Part shown: positions 27,682 through 41,530 of the stretch, in pieces
Layout: each line of letters opens with the position of its first letter
Numbering within the stretch: position 1 is the stretch's first letter
Origin: Octopus sinensis
Taxonomy: Eukaryota
DNA length: 64,000 bases
Reading direction: 5' to 3'
Assembly: GCF_006345805.1 (NCBI RefSeq)
Contig: NC_042998.1
Span: 129,270,001-129,334,000, forward strand
Notes under the pieces: model-generated
The model's database searches: none
What the model was told of the DNA's origin: nothing
Seen by the model: only the letters and a program-made list of their open reading frames with translations
Made by a program: the position numbers and the translations under genes

Positions 27682-28439
27682 TGTGTATGTACATATATGC
27701 ACTGTTGTGTCTGAGGAGAGTCATTCTCTTTTAGGGCCTTATAATTTAACTGCCGCACCGATAAAATTTCCACTCGTTTACGTGTTTCAAAAATGTTCGT
27801 TGCGTCATGCAACCTTTTCAATAGTTGTTGATTTTGCCCGATATTCAAACTGCATTCTTTTTGTTTGTTTGTGCGCATGTGTGTGGGTCAGTGTGTGCGC
27901 GCATACACATGTCTGTATGTATGTATGCATGCATGTAAGTATGTGTATGCATGCATGTGTGTTTGTGCGTATGTATATAGATGTATGTGTGTACGTTTGT
28001 TTGTATGTATTCTGCATATTCATGTGTTTGTGTGTTCGTGTTTGTATGTTTTTATTTGTGTGTTTTTATATGTGTGTGTGTTTGCATGTGTGTGTATGTG
28101 TGTATGTGTGTGTGTCTGTGTATGGGTTTTTGTGTCTATCTCCATATGTATGGACGTGTGTCTCCATATGTGTCACTGTGTGAAGTGAGGTGTGTGTCTA
28201 TATGGTCATGTGTTTCAGACTTCATTTGTGTATGTGTGTGTATGTGTGCTTGTCTGTTCATATAACCTATGTACCTATCCTTCTGTACGTCTATCTGTTT
28301 ACCTTCATATCCATATGATTACATACATGTGCATATGCATATACACATATACACACACACATACATACATCTATCTACATAACAGCCCACTAACTATTCT
28401 ACATGTATATAAATATAAACTGGGAGTATGGGGGTATGA

Positions 28440-29515
28440 TTATCTATTACGTATATTTCCAATTTAGTACCGGTGATGTTTCATTTATGAGGACGTACTC
28501 CTGTATTTGTCTGAGTGTTGGATCCTTTGGGTGCTTGGGTAAAATGCGGATGTCAAATTGACCCAGGTTGCCTCCATGTTGGTCCTTGGTATGTTGGTAG
28601 AGTATGGAGGACTGTTTTTTGTCATAGTGTCTCAAAGGTTCATTTAGTCTTTCCGCAATGCTCCTAGATGTCTCATCTATGTATGTCATGCTCATATCTT
28701 TACAAGCACCTTCTATGAATCTTATGCTGTAGACGACATTTCTAGTTCTACAGTTAATGCCAGCGCTAAACCTACATACCATGTAGTGATCATTGGTGCA
28801 TATGGTATTCTCAAATGGCTACGTCCAACATAGTTGTGATCTGATGGCGTTCCCTGACTTTTCAACAATCTTAATGTTGAGTTTAGTCTCTTTCAGAACT
28901 TTCATAAATCTACGGGCTTGTTCGCCATGGGCTGTAGCCTCTACAAACATCACTCTTTGATATTTGTCGGTTTTATATCACGTGTTCATCCCGTTTGCTT
29001 TGTCATAAGCTCTTTGTATCCAATTTCAGTCTCTGCTTCCACATCTAGGGTAGGTACCACTGGTATCATTACATATAATGTTATCTAACTTCTTTCTAGC
29101 ACCCCTGTATATTCGAACCCTATATTCCTGATCATATCTAGAGAACTGCATGCGGTGCATGAAGTTCTGTACATGTTCCTTCGTTTCATAGGGTTTGTAT
29201 AGTGGTGACACGCTATTCATTATCCTAAGTCTGCTATCAGTATGTTAATTTTCATGTTGCGTGACAAAGCTGAGTTTTTGTGAACAACATATTTCGAAGC
29301 TATGGGTTTCATGTAATAGGAGTGGAGGAGCTGCACTCTGTTGTTCACAATCTCTAACCAAACTTCAGTATCAAGGGCGGGGTGTCTATTGTTGGGATGC
29401 CTAGTGGGGTAATCTACAGTTACATTGATATCTTGGTGGATGGAGTTAGCTACTTGCTGGATGAATCTTCGAATGACTCTTCCCAGACACAACAGAATAT
29501 GCTTTAACACACGAA
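28440..29515 (-). mobile_element. PLE 3' fragment (RT thumb + GIY-YIG), a different clade (possibly Nematis-like)
   Basis: VTVDYPTRHPNNRHPALD, YYMKPIAS; CRTRNVVYSI..TYIDETSRSIAERL..LYQH..QH. Confidence 0.75.
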
Positions 29516-29546
29516 CTCACATAAAGAATTTTGTAAACCGAATCCA

Positions 29547-29597
<51 letters not shown>

Positions 29598-29599
<2 letters not shown>

Positions 29600-30135
29600 T
29601 GGGTTGTTCGGAAAGTTCATGCCGATTTATAGTAGCTTAACTTTCGACTTATTTTAGAACATGTTTGAATCCATAAAATAGATTTTGACTATACCTCCAT
29701 TTATAGCACAGTTTAAGCTATCTTTTCGTGGAAGAAGGTTTATGTTCCTATAACCTGTGTTAATTCTGTAACCCTTTAAAAGTTCACTTGATGCTTTGGG
29801 AGCCAGACAATAATTGCTGCAGCTCGGCTGGGATGTGTTACCCCATCCTCCATATTCACCAGATATTGCTGCTTCGGATTTCCACTTATTCAGGTCTCTG
29901 CAGAATAGTCTTAATGGTAAAAATTTCAATTCCTTGGATGACGTAAAAAGATACCTTGATGAATTCTTTGCCATGAAACCACCTCAATTCTGGGAAGAGT
30001 GTATTTTCAAGTTAAAGGAAAGAAGGAGACACATTGTGCAACAAAATGGTTCATATTTGGTTGATTAAAAATGTAATGGCAAGTATTTATTGACCTTTTT
30101 CTTTCCTTTAAAAATCGGCACGAACTTTAACCCAC
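29598..30135 (+). mobile_element. Internally deleted mariner with both TIRs
   Basis: WDVLPHPPYSPDIAASDFHLFRSLQ; TIRs ttgggttgttcggaaagttcatgccgattt / aaatcggcacgaacttt-aaccca; flanked by TA tracts. Confidence 0.9.
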
Positions 30136-30162
30136 TATTTATATATATATATATATATATAC

Positions 30163-30208
<46 letters not shown>

Positions 30209-31453
30209 GCGTGTGTGTGCGCTCGCTTGTCTGTGCATGTGCGTGTGTGTGTATGAACATATTTATATGTATATGTGTGTTTGTGAACGCGTATATGTAT
30301 ACTTGTGTGCATATGTGTATTTTCTTAGACTGAAATATATGATAACCACACTCACGCGTTAGTTAATATGATGCAAAATGAGGGAACAAAAAGGAGTTAA
30401 AACTAAAACCATCTTTACAGTAGGTTCCTTGTTTATTTAGGAGATGTGAGTTATGAGAAAACTTTAAACCTGTTAGTTGAATGGGACGTCACAATAAGGT
30501 AATACGTTGGAGAAGTTATGAACATAAGAAGTTCGTCTAACGAGTGTCTGTTTCAGCTATGATCGAATGGTTTCGTACATTGACATAAGGAAACAAACTG
30601 TGAATAAAGTGGAATAATAGAGAAAATCTTACGATCCTTGGAAATGAATACCTGACCGGAATCTATAATATAATTGAGTATAATCTAATGAAGGCGACAT
30701 TGTAGACGAAATTTTCTTATTGTTTAGCAGACATTAATTCTTAATATCAACCCGCAGCTCACGTCATGTCTTCCCAACTTTTTCAAGCCAGATACGATTG
30801 GTGTGCCATTCATTTGGTTCATGTTTTGGAATTATGTTATATATGCAATGTAATCAATCTACAATACGAACATTTTTCATAAGGTATTATTTATTTATCT
30901 ATATCATTATTTATTTAATTATTCATTCGTGTAGGGGTTTCCGCTTTTGTGTAACGAAGTGCCTTGACGAAATCTCTCCTTCCTCCCCCTCTTCCAACAC
31001 CTCATACTTAATTTGTCAGATCACTTCCTTTCAATCGTCACGATTTATTTCCGAGTACCTTGGTGACAATTTTCAACAATGTCGTTGATAATAGTTCAGT
31101 TGGTTTGTTGTTGGTGTTTTAGTTATATTTGGCTATTCTCCTTAACTCTCCCGCTGCTTTATTCTACTTTTTGCTGTCATTGATAGTTTGTGTTGTTGTT
31201 TTTTTTTGTTTTATGCAGTTTTTGTTGTTGTTTCTGTCGTCTTCGGTCGTCGTTGATGATGTTGTTGCTATCATTGTCGCCATTTACATCAATGCCGTTG
31301 TTGTTGTGAATGTTTACGATGACAACTGGGTGTGTGCGTGTGTGTTTGTGTGTGTATGTGAAAGAGATAGAGAGATAAATAGAGAGAGATAGAGAGAAAA
31401 ATAGAATGAGAGATAGAGATAGAGGGAGAGATAAAGAGAGGTAGATAGGAGAG

Positions 31454-31484
<31 letters not shown>

Positions 31485-32540
31485 AAGAGAGAAAAGAAGA
31501 AGAGAACTATAGAGAGCAAGTAAGACAAAGAGAGAGAGAGAGAGAGAGAGAAACAGGGTGAGAAAGAGAGATAGACAGATATTGCATATCTGTGTCTGTG
31601 ACAGAGTGAGAAAAAGAGAGAGAAATAAAAAGAGAAAAATAGAGAGCAAGTAAGACAAAGACACAGAGAGAGAGAGAAACAGAATGAGAAAGAGAGATAG
31701 ACAGATATTGCATATCTGTGTTTGTGTATTTGTGTGTACTTTATGTGTGTATCATTGTTGTTGTTATTAATGTTATAAAGTGTTGTGCATGTGCGTGTGT
31801 TTGCGTATGTATGTGTACGCATGTGTGAATTTAACGAGGAACATATAGGAATTCTCAAATGAAAGCACTAAGCTCTATCATGCCAATAAAAGCGCAATGC
31901 AGCTTATTGTAACAATCATTGTTGGAGATGCATTCGATTTACCCTTTAAGAATCATTAGATCGCTTCTAAACATAATTTTACTAGACAATGCAAGCTAAA
32001 TGATATCCCATCGACTTTGATATTTCAATGATTGAAAAATCGAAGCCATATTACGAAGGAATTATACTCTATTTAATATTTTATATATTTATCTATTCAT
32101 TTATTTATTTATGTATTTATTTATTTGTGTGTGTATGTGTGTGTGTGTATGTGTGTGTGTGTGTGCGTGCGTGTGTTACTGCATAAGCCTTCAAAGTATC
32201 TATGTGCGTGTATCTGCGTGTTTGTGTCTACTGTGTGTATATACGTGCGTGTGTGTGTGTGTGTGTGTATGTGTGCATGCGATGCGTGTGCGTGTGTGTC
32301 TGAGTTTGTGTGTCAGTGAATGTGTGTGTGCGTGTGTGTGTGTGTGTATGTTTGTGTTCATTTACATAATTTTGCTCAAGCAGCGTTTTATTTGATTTAC
32401 AAATGACAATATGATAACGTACTATGCACTATCGTCGTACTTACCTTTGTTGCTAGAGTTGTTGTTATTGTAGATACCGCTGAAGCTATTGTGATCACCA
32501 TCATCAACATCATAATCATCATCAGCATCACTGTTGTTTC

Positions 32541-32598
<58 letters not shown>

Positions 32599-33089
32599 TA
32601 TATATATTATATATATATATATATATGTATACAAATACATACACACTCATATATATATATATATATATATATACATACTGCATATATATATGTATGTGTG
32701 TGTGTATGTAAATATAAATATATCTACATACAAAGGTAAATACATATATATATATCGATATACATATATATATACATACATACATACATACTTACATACA
32801 CACACACACGCACATATATATATGTACAAGTATATCTTTATCATTTAAGGTACACTGTTTTAAATTAAGATCTACTAGTAGCTTATTTGCATTGACGCAC
32901 GTGAGTAGACCGGTTTTTACGCGCTTTTTGTCTCCTAGCAATCCCTAGGCTCTGGGCACATGGTTTGTTTTATTTGAAAACCGGAATGCTGGTACACGAG
33001 AACCCTCGAGAAAAAATAAGAATTTTGATGCAAAAAGTGGAATGACAAGTCAAATGGTGAATAAAGACGGAAAAATAAGGTAAAGAAAA

Positions 33090-33945
33090 AAAAAAAGAAA
33101 ATTAAAGCTAGGTCTACTCATAAGCTCTCTTATATACAAAAACAGCGTTGCTCCCAAACTATAGGGTTTAAAAACGTGATAGCTATCATCAGTATCAGGA
33201 TATCTAATGTCTCCTCTCCCAAAGAAATATTTGATTAGGCAACCGCCTACTATAACAATACCTTAGCTAACAGAGGTTTCAAAGATATATTTCACACTTT
33301 CGATTAAAAATATGAAGCCTAAAAATAGAGTTATGGAGAGACTTGGGAAAATAATATGGTTCGAGCCCCACCTCTACTTAAATGCTAAAACTAACGTAGG
33401 TAGGAAATTCCAGGCTCTTTTAGATAAGCATTTTCCAGTAAACCATAATTACAGGAGGATTTTTAATAGGCACTCGATAAAAATATCATACAATTACTGC
33501 CCCAGTATGAAGACCACCATCACTGGCAAGCCTCACCAAGAGCCCAGTCCCAGTTATAACCGTCGATGGCCCGAAGGTTGATCACTTGACACGGTATGTA
33601 TGATAAAGTCTGTCATCTATGAGGTAGAACTCAATGTTTCAAGATAATGTAATTGAAAGGAAAAATTACATCGGTTTATAAGGAGACAATTTTAAAAGAG
33701 GTTAGGCAAACCACCAGTCTTTACGGCACATCGACAAAAGTAAAGCCACTAAGTTGGTTAACCACATATGGAAAGAATCATGAAGAAATTTATGTCATAT
33801 GTAAATGGAGTTAAGAGATGCAGCTTATGCATAACAGAGATTACACAACATTTTTAGAGCCAAGAATTCAATCACACTACTTAATTCCTTATCCGAAGTT
33901 TTCGGCAAGCACAAGCATATGACCAAATTTCTTTTGTTGAAGTAG
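33090..33945 (+). mobile_element. Degenerate PLE 3' fragment (same broad clade as 511-13225)
   Basis: SIRISNVSSPKEIF, IIWFEP..TNVGRKF..LLDKHFP..IFNRHSIKISY, CMIKSVIYE, KNYIGL, TKLVNHIWK. Confidence 0.8.
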
Positions 33946-34289
33946 AGAGGACACCACCCTCTCTGGATTGAGACTTCGGACGTCTCTCCGTTGAATTATT
34001 TTACACCAGCTTGTTTAATTCGATCTCTTCTTCCTTCCTCGTACGTCATTTATTATTCTACTCTCACTATATAGCAGATCAGCCAATCTTCTTGATTTCT
34101 TCATAATAATACATGTGTGTATAACACATAGTTACTACATGTGTATGTATTCTTCTAATACTTTCTAATGCTTTGGAATAAATAAACACACTGGAATGTC
34201 TACCGACTGTTGGTGTTACTTTTTCTATGAATTTAGTAAAAACGGTCGTATACTTTGGAGGCTTTGAGCCAGGAAACCTGGTCAACATT

Positions 34290-34790
34290 TTGTGCGTGGC
34301 CTCTCCAGTTCAGTATTTTCTCGATCATCTATTTTAATTTCTTATCCGAGATTTTAATATTTTCTTTTGTGTCGCTTCATCTTCCATTTCTACTTCAAAT
34401 TTCTGTAACCTGTCTTCTTTTATATCATGTTGCAATTCTTTAGTCTATATTTCTGCCCAGAATCTTTTTGCTGTTTCAGCACCTGGCATCTCATTCCTGT
34501 GATGCTCCTCTTCATTGTTCAATTGTTTATAGAATTTTCGTCTGTTGTTCTTGAAGAGTCTATTCTGCTATTGCTAATTTACTCTCCGTTGGTGTATGTG
34601 TTTTATTTTAACCGACATTGCTTGACTTTTATTTTTTTTAGTTCTTCTTTACTTGCAGTTCTTTCTGTCTTATGTTGTGTTTCCTTTGCAGTTCGTTCCT
34701 GTGTTTTTCTTCCACTCTCTCCTTTTTTATCAGTGCATTTATCCGTCTAAGATCTCTTTTACTAACTTGTTTATCCGCCAACGTTCTCTA
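34290..34790 (-). mobile_element. Probable N-terminal fragment of an R4/Dong-type LINE
   Basis: Lys/Glu-rich coding-like minus strand adjoining (TTA)n and R4 copies; no catalytic motif seen. Confidence 0.4.
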
Positions 34791-34866
<76 letters not shown>

Positions 34867-34909
34867 CATCATCATCATTATTATTATTAATATCATTATT
34901 ATTATTATA

Positions 34910-34963
<54 letters not shown>

Positions 34964-34977
34964 TATTATTATTATTC

Positions 34978-37058
34978 AGTAGTTCTATTTTTATAACGTA
35001 CTTTCACTTCACTACCGAGCGCAGCTCTGTGTGCCTTGGGTATGTGCTGTCGTTTGGTTTGATGCTCTTATGGTTACTGTATTGAAAGTGTTTTGCGTTG
35101 GATGTGTGCAGTGCCAAGTAGTGCAATTTTCTGTATGTTATATATATTTGTAAGTCCTGGTGTTTTTATTATGTATTTGTCTGAATATTTTTTATCATGC
35201 CTAATGCGCCTACTATGATAGGAATTGTTTCTGTTTTTAGATTCCACATTCCAGTTACCTCTATTTCCAGGTCTTTGTATTTTGAAAGTTTCTCCATTTC
35301 TTTTAGAGACACGTTGTCATCCGCTGATACATCAATTAGAAAACATTTTTTTTTCTTCATGATCTCTGACAACTATATCTGGTCTGTTGGCCTTAATTTC
35401 TTTATCTGTGTGTATTGGCATATCCCAGAGAATGATTGCTTTCTCGTTTTCTATGACCATTTCTGGTGTGTGCCTATACCATCTTGTTTCTGTTGTTATT
35501 CCATAGTGTTGGCATAGCTTCCAGTGTATGTAGGTCCCAACTCTATCCTGTCTCTGAATATATTCCTTCTTAGCCAGGTCTGGGCAGCCAGAGATAATAT
35601 GATTTATTGTTTCTTGTCCATCTCCACATATTCTGCAGTTACTTGTTATATTTCTTTTCATTATATGTTTTTGGTAATTACTGGTGGGGAGGTTTTGGTC
35701 TTGTGCTGCAATTAAGAATCTCTCCGTCTCTGCTTTGAGTCCTGAGCTTCTCAACCATTGCTGTTTAGCCCAGTATTTGCCACGGAGAGGCTTTTCCTGC
35801 CATCGTTTTATCATGGTCCGTTGCTGTTCTAGTTTTAGTTTGGATTTCATTTATTTTATAGCTTTTGTTTCGTCTTCTTCTTCTTCTTCTTTTCTTCTTC
35901 TTCTTCTTCTTCTTCTTCTTCTTCTTCTCTTCTTCTTCTTCTTCTTCTTCTTCTTTTCTTCTTCTTCTTCTTCTTCTTCTTCTTCTTCTTTTCTTCTTCT
36001 TCTTCTTCTTCTTCTTCTTCTCTTCTTCTTCTTCTTCTCTTCTTCTTCTTTTTCTTCTTCTTCTTCTTCTTCTTCTTCTTCTTCTTCTTCTTCATATTTG
36101 TTAGGTAGTATGATTTTTTGTTTGTATTTGTCATTTTCCTTAAATACTGAGAACAGCTTTTTTGTTTTGCTCGTGTTTTGCCGCTATTTGTATCAGTTTT
36201 CCTTGCTTCTGAAGTAAATATTTTTGCAGTCCTATGGTGGTTATTTTATAAGTTTTCCAGCTGTATAAGGCCTCTACCACCTATACGTTGTATATATAAC
36301 CTTTCTATGTCAGATTTTGGGTGGTGCATCCTAGATCCTGTCATTATTTTTCTTGTTTTTCTGTCTATTTTGGTTAATTCATTTAGTGTCCAGTTAAGGA
36401 TATTGTAGCTGTAAATTATAACTGGGACGGCTAAAGTGTCAATACCTATTATCTTGTTTTTAGCATTGAACTTTTTTTTATTATTGATATAACTCGTCTA
36501 TAGTATTCTTTGTTTATTTTCTCTTTCATTTGTGTGCGTTGCATCTTATCTAGTTCATGGATTCCTAAATATTTGTAAGTCTGGCTTTGGTCTAGTTCTC
36601 TTATTTTATTGCCTTTATCTAGCGTGATGTTGCTACTCTTAACAAGTATTCCTCTTTTCAGGGTTGCTTTGACACATTTTTCTAATCCAAATTTCATATC
36701 TATTTGTTTGGTAAACCCATCTACTGTCTGTAGTAGTGTTGCCAGTTGTTTGTCATTTGTAGCGTATAGTTTTAGGTCATCCATATGTAAAAGGTGACTG
36801 ATTTTTTGCCATAGCATTTGTATCCGTATCTAGTTCTATTTAGCATATCAGATAGAGGAGCCACTGCCAAGCAGAAAAGGAGTGGAGAAAGCGTGTCTCC
36901 TTGGAATATTCCTCTTCTAATGGGGATGGCTTTGGTTTTCACGAGTACCCCTTTTGTTTGGAGCTGTAGCACTGTCTGTCATTTATTCATAGACTGCCTT
37001 ATGTATCTTATAATTATTGGTGCTACCTTGTTCATTGCTACTGTTTCGAGCATCCACG

Positions 37059-37060
<2 letters not shown>
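34978..37060 (-). mobile_element. R4/Dong-type LINE (RT + CCHC + restriction-like endonuclease), 5'-truncated
   Basis: RGIFQGDTLSPLLF, HLLHMDDLKLY, CRIC..ETINHIISGC, ANRPDIV, IDVS..KLSKYKDL; flanked by (TTA)n on both sides. Confidence 0.9.
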
Positions 37061-37128
<68 letters not shown>

Positions 37129-37159
37129 TTATTATTATTATTATTATTTTTATCATTAT

Positions 37160-37775
37160 TATTCTATGTTTGACTTTTGCTTTATATTTGTACAAGTTGG
37201 CTCCAAGTCTCATCCAGAGACCTCAAGAGACAACAGGTTGGAAGTTCATGTTGTTGTTATGCCTAGTGTGCCATATATTTGGTTTTGTATTTAGTGTTGT
37301 ACTAGTGAATGCCTTAAAAATTATGTTTGTTTTAAAACTTGAGATTACATAGAAAGTATTTTGCGTAGGATATGAGCAGTTCACATGAGCACTATCTTTT
37401 GAATTTCTACCATCTTTGGGTTTCCTGCTATCTGAGTTAGGTAGCAATCAGCCCCTTTTGCTATCATTCCTAGGGCACCCATGACAACAGGTATTGTTTT
37501 AGTCTTCAGGTTCCACATTTTGCTGATTTCTATTTCAAGATCTTTATATTTGATCAGTTTTTGGTAGGTCTTGACAGATACGTTTATATCGATTGGGACA
37601 GTCATATCAATGAGGAGGCATGTTCTTTGTCTGAAGTCTTTCAATATGATGTCTGGCCTATTTGCATCTATCTTTCTGTCAGTTTGAATGGTGAAGTTCC
37701 AGAGGAGTGAGATGCGGTCATTTTCAAGCACTGGAGGTGGTTTGTGTTCCCACCAGTTTTTTGATGGGGCAAATC

Positions 37776-37776
<1 letters not shown>
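37160..37776 (-). mobile_element. R4/Dong-type LINE 3' fragment (RLE domain + 3' UTR)
   Basis: DANRPDIILKD..LIDMTVP..KLIKYKDL; (TTA)n on both sides. Confidence 0.88.
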
Positions 37777-37841
<65 letters not shown>

Positions 37842-37842
<1 letters not shown>

Positions 37843-40387
37843 TACTTTCAATCTGCATGCTTGTTACAGTCACTTGCTGAGACACACCAAGCGTCCTGGG
37901 CCGAGTGAAGGATAAGAGATGTTACAGTATGACTGAAACCTTGGGGAGGGGAAGTAGTGAAATATATTCTCGTAATAAAGCATACACATGTAAATGGGTA
38001 GGGCTTTTCTAAAGATATGGTCAGTACATGTCAGTACAATCTTTTGGATTCATCTTAATCATGGGAGCTTATTTAGATGTTTCTGACATCCCGTTTTTTA
38101 TCATATCTAGGGCACCTACAAAAACAAGAACTGTTCTCGCTTTAAGATGCCATATATTTTGTATTTCAGTTTCCAGGAGCATTTACATCGATTAGTCTAC
38201 AAGTACTTTCTTGTCTGTCTTTAATAATTATGCCAACGTTGAGGATAGTGACATTTTTACCTTCAACGACTGGCTCAGGATGATGTTCACACCAGTAGGC
38301 AAGGGTACTGATTTTGTAGTGTTTACACATTTTCCAATGTAAATAATGTCCTACTCTATCGTGGCGATTCTTGTATTCGTTTGGTGTCAGCACCGGACAT
38401 CCCAAGACGAGATGGTCTTTTGTTTCGTCAAATGTATCGCCGAATCTGCATTTAGCGTTAGAACCGTTCTGAAGAATGTTAGCCTGGTAGATTTTGTGAG
38501 CAATCTTTGATTTTGTACCACCAATATGAAACCTTCAGTCCCTGCTTTCAGTCTTGAAATCCTCAGCTGCTGATGGGGTGTTGTTTGATCTACATGAGCA
38601 TTTCGACTTCGAAGTATATGCTGTTCATGCTGAAATTTCTGGCTCTACCGCTTCTCAGTCTGTTTCTGCCCGTTCTTTTGTGCAGTCTGTTTGATCGATT
38701 TTTCTTGTTTTGCGGCAGTGGCTTCAGGTTCTTCAACTATTTCAGGGTTAATGCTAAGCTTCCTTGCGAATTTGCAAGCTTCTTTGCCAAGAGAATGGGA
38801 TTTTTTTCTTGCTTTCGTGTTTGCACACAAGTTGCAGCGTCCAGAACTCTGTACTAGATAAGTACCTGTTCATTGCTACTGCGGAAGCCCAATAGCACAG
38901 TTCTACCTGTATCATTCCCCTATTACTTCTAGGTAGGTATAGACGATCAACGTCTGCATTTGGGTGGTGCATGTTTTTAGAAGTTAGTCTTCCTGTCCAG
39001 GCGTTGGAGCTCTGTAAGATTCCAGTTAATGATATTAAAACTATATTGGACTACTGGAAATGCTATGGTGTTAATGGCTTCGAAGTAATTTTTAGAGTTG
39101 AGTTCAGTTTTTTGTATGAGACTTATTCTCATGTAATATTCCTTTCTTTTTTTTCCTTCGCAGTAGCATGTTGTATACCACTCCTTCGTTTATCCCCAGG
39201 AATTTATAATTTTCTTGTGGGCCAAGCTTCTTGAATGTAGTGTTGGTGTCTAATTTAATGGAAGCTGTTTGCCTGAGCTTGCCTCTTACAAGAGTTGCTT
39301 TAGTACACTTATCAAGGCCAAAGTCTATTCGGATGTCATTGTTGAATGTTTCAACAGTTTTTAGCAGCCCTACTAGCTCTTTGTCATTTCTAGTAAACAG
39401 CTTCATACCGTCCATATAAAAGAGATGGTTTATTGTCGTATTATAAACTTTGAACGCATACCTGGTGTGATTTAGTTCCTTAGAGAGTGGGATCAGTGCC
39501 ATGCAAAAGAGTGATGGGGCGAGGGAGTCACCTTGAAAGATACCTCGTATGATGTTGATGTTGTTAACTTTGCCCATCCCATTACTATGGTTTAGACGGA
39601 GACGTGTGTTCCACTAGACCATGCTACTTTGTAAGAATTTTGAAATGACAGGAGAGATCTTATATATCTCAAGGGCCTTGAGTATCTAATTATGTGGGAG
39701 ACTATCAAACGCCTTCCTCTAGTCAATCCATGCCATACTCGTGTCTTTTTTTGCTCCGGCACTTCTCTACAATCATTTTACTTATGAATAATTGATCTTT
39801 GCACCCATAAGAATTAGTTTACAACCTTCTTGAGCTTGTGGAAGGATAGATCTCTGATCAAAGAAGGCATAGATTCTGTCAGTTAATATGGCGGTGAGAA
39901 TCTTGTAGGTGGTGTTGAGACATGTTTTTGGTCGGCAGTTCTTTGGACTTTTTCTGTCTTCAGTGTTTGGTAGAAAGTATGTTGTTCCTTCGGTCAGTCG
40001 GGTATTTTCCCTGGGTTCCGGATGACATCAGTCAGAGATGCAGTGAAATTTTGGTATACTTCTGTCAGACAAGTTAGCTAGAAATTAGGATTTTGATTCA
40101 GTCCTGGGGTTTTCCATTTGTGAAACTTCATAGGAACACATCTTAGCTCTTCTATTTCTGTTGCCTCCCATTTCTGCTCTTCCACTTCATCTAGACTCGC
40201 ATTCTCACGCTGTATCTAGTCAGCTTTAGCATTATATATATTTTTGTTGCTCCATATCTTCTTCCATAACTCTTCCATTTCCTCAGTATTTACTTCTATC
40301 TTACTTTTGCCAATTTCCCTATAAAATTTCCCTATAAAATTTCATTACATTCGTCCTGAATATCTTGTTTTGTCGATAAAATTTGAT
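37842..40387 (-). mobile_element. R4/Dong-type LINE, degenerate
   Basis: RGIFQGDSLAPSLF, NHLFYMDGMKLF, MHHPNADVDRLYLPR, GCPVL..YKNRHDRV. Confidence 0.88.
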
Positions 40388-41384
40388 TCTTTTGTCATAA
40401 TAATAATAATAGCCATTCCGAAAACGAGTAGACAGAACTCGTGAGATTTCGTTTGCAGTCTGTCTGGGAGAAGGAACACTCTGATTTAAAAACAGGGGTA
40501 GATAGTACTCCTTAGTCACAGTACTCCTTAGTCACCTGTCAGCATCCATCGACTCCATGCCTGGGATGAAGGTGAATGAACATGAAATCGGGAAGCTCCA
40601 TCGAGCTCGACTTTGCCTTTTACCGTATCGTGGTCTCTAAAATAAGTTCCAGTCAAGTGCTGCAGTTGATGCAATCGAGTCATCCTCTTCCCCCAAATTC
40701 CAGACTATGTGCCAAATAGTAGAAATAATTATTTGAGCAGAAAATCAAGACAGAATTTAGTTCGTCTCTCTCTCTTTGTTCTGGATTCAAACAGGAAGTC
40801 GTGGTCACCATCGCTACTAACCTCGACATTTTCGCCGTTTATTTAATCTTCGATTCATTTAATCATATTATGGTTGTCTGTTTTGCTTTTAATGCTGAAA
40901 TCATTTAGTAAGACTTGGCACCCAATCTATTACAAAACGGAAGTAGTTGACTGAGAGTTTGTAAGATATGGCAAACCAATGTGTGCATTAGCTGCAGCAG
41001 CAACAGTATTAGCATTTATGGTGGTGATGTTGGTGGTGATGGTAGTAGTAGTAGTAGTAGTAAATCACTGTCGTGTTAGTCACTGCTAATCAGTGGGGAA
41101 AACCAGTTTTGAATGCTTGTAGCATCATCCCTGTCAGACATAGTTGGGTTGTACTCCAGTATAGATCATACTTGCACCGAGTCAGTATCCGCTCAGAGCT
41201 CAAGTATTTCACGGCTCAATATATAGATACTAGGGTTTCAGTTAATCCCCTTTGTCTCTTTTACAACTGGTGATCTCTCTAACAAGAATAATTGGTTCGA
41301 TGTTGCTCTTATTTAATCCTAGATCAGACCTGACTGAACAGTCTTATGATTGAAAAATATTTCAGGCGCCAATATCCCGTTTTA

Positions 41385-41530
41385 TATTCTGAGTTCAAAT
41401 TCCGCCGAGGTCGACTTTGCCCTTCATCCTTTCGGGGTCGATAAATTAAGTACCATTTGCGTACTGGGGTCAATCTAATCGACTGGCTCCCTCCTCAAAA
41501 CTTCCGGGCCTTGTACCAAGAGTAGAAAGG
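41385..41530 (+). mobile_element. SINE 3' part (B-box + core + tail)
   Basis: ctgagttcaaattccgccgaggtcgactttgcccttcatcctttcggggtcgataaattaagtacc. Confidence 0.85.

Noticed and set aside
32900-32935. Possible hammerhead remnant (AAACCGGUC on the minus strand)
   Set aside because: No CUGANGA and no convincing stems.
34250-34290. Possible hammerhead remnant (ggct-ttg-agcc..gaaacctggtc)
   Set aside because: Core and stem I are too degenerate to support a call.
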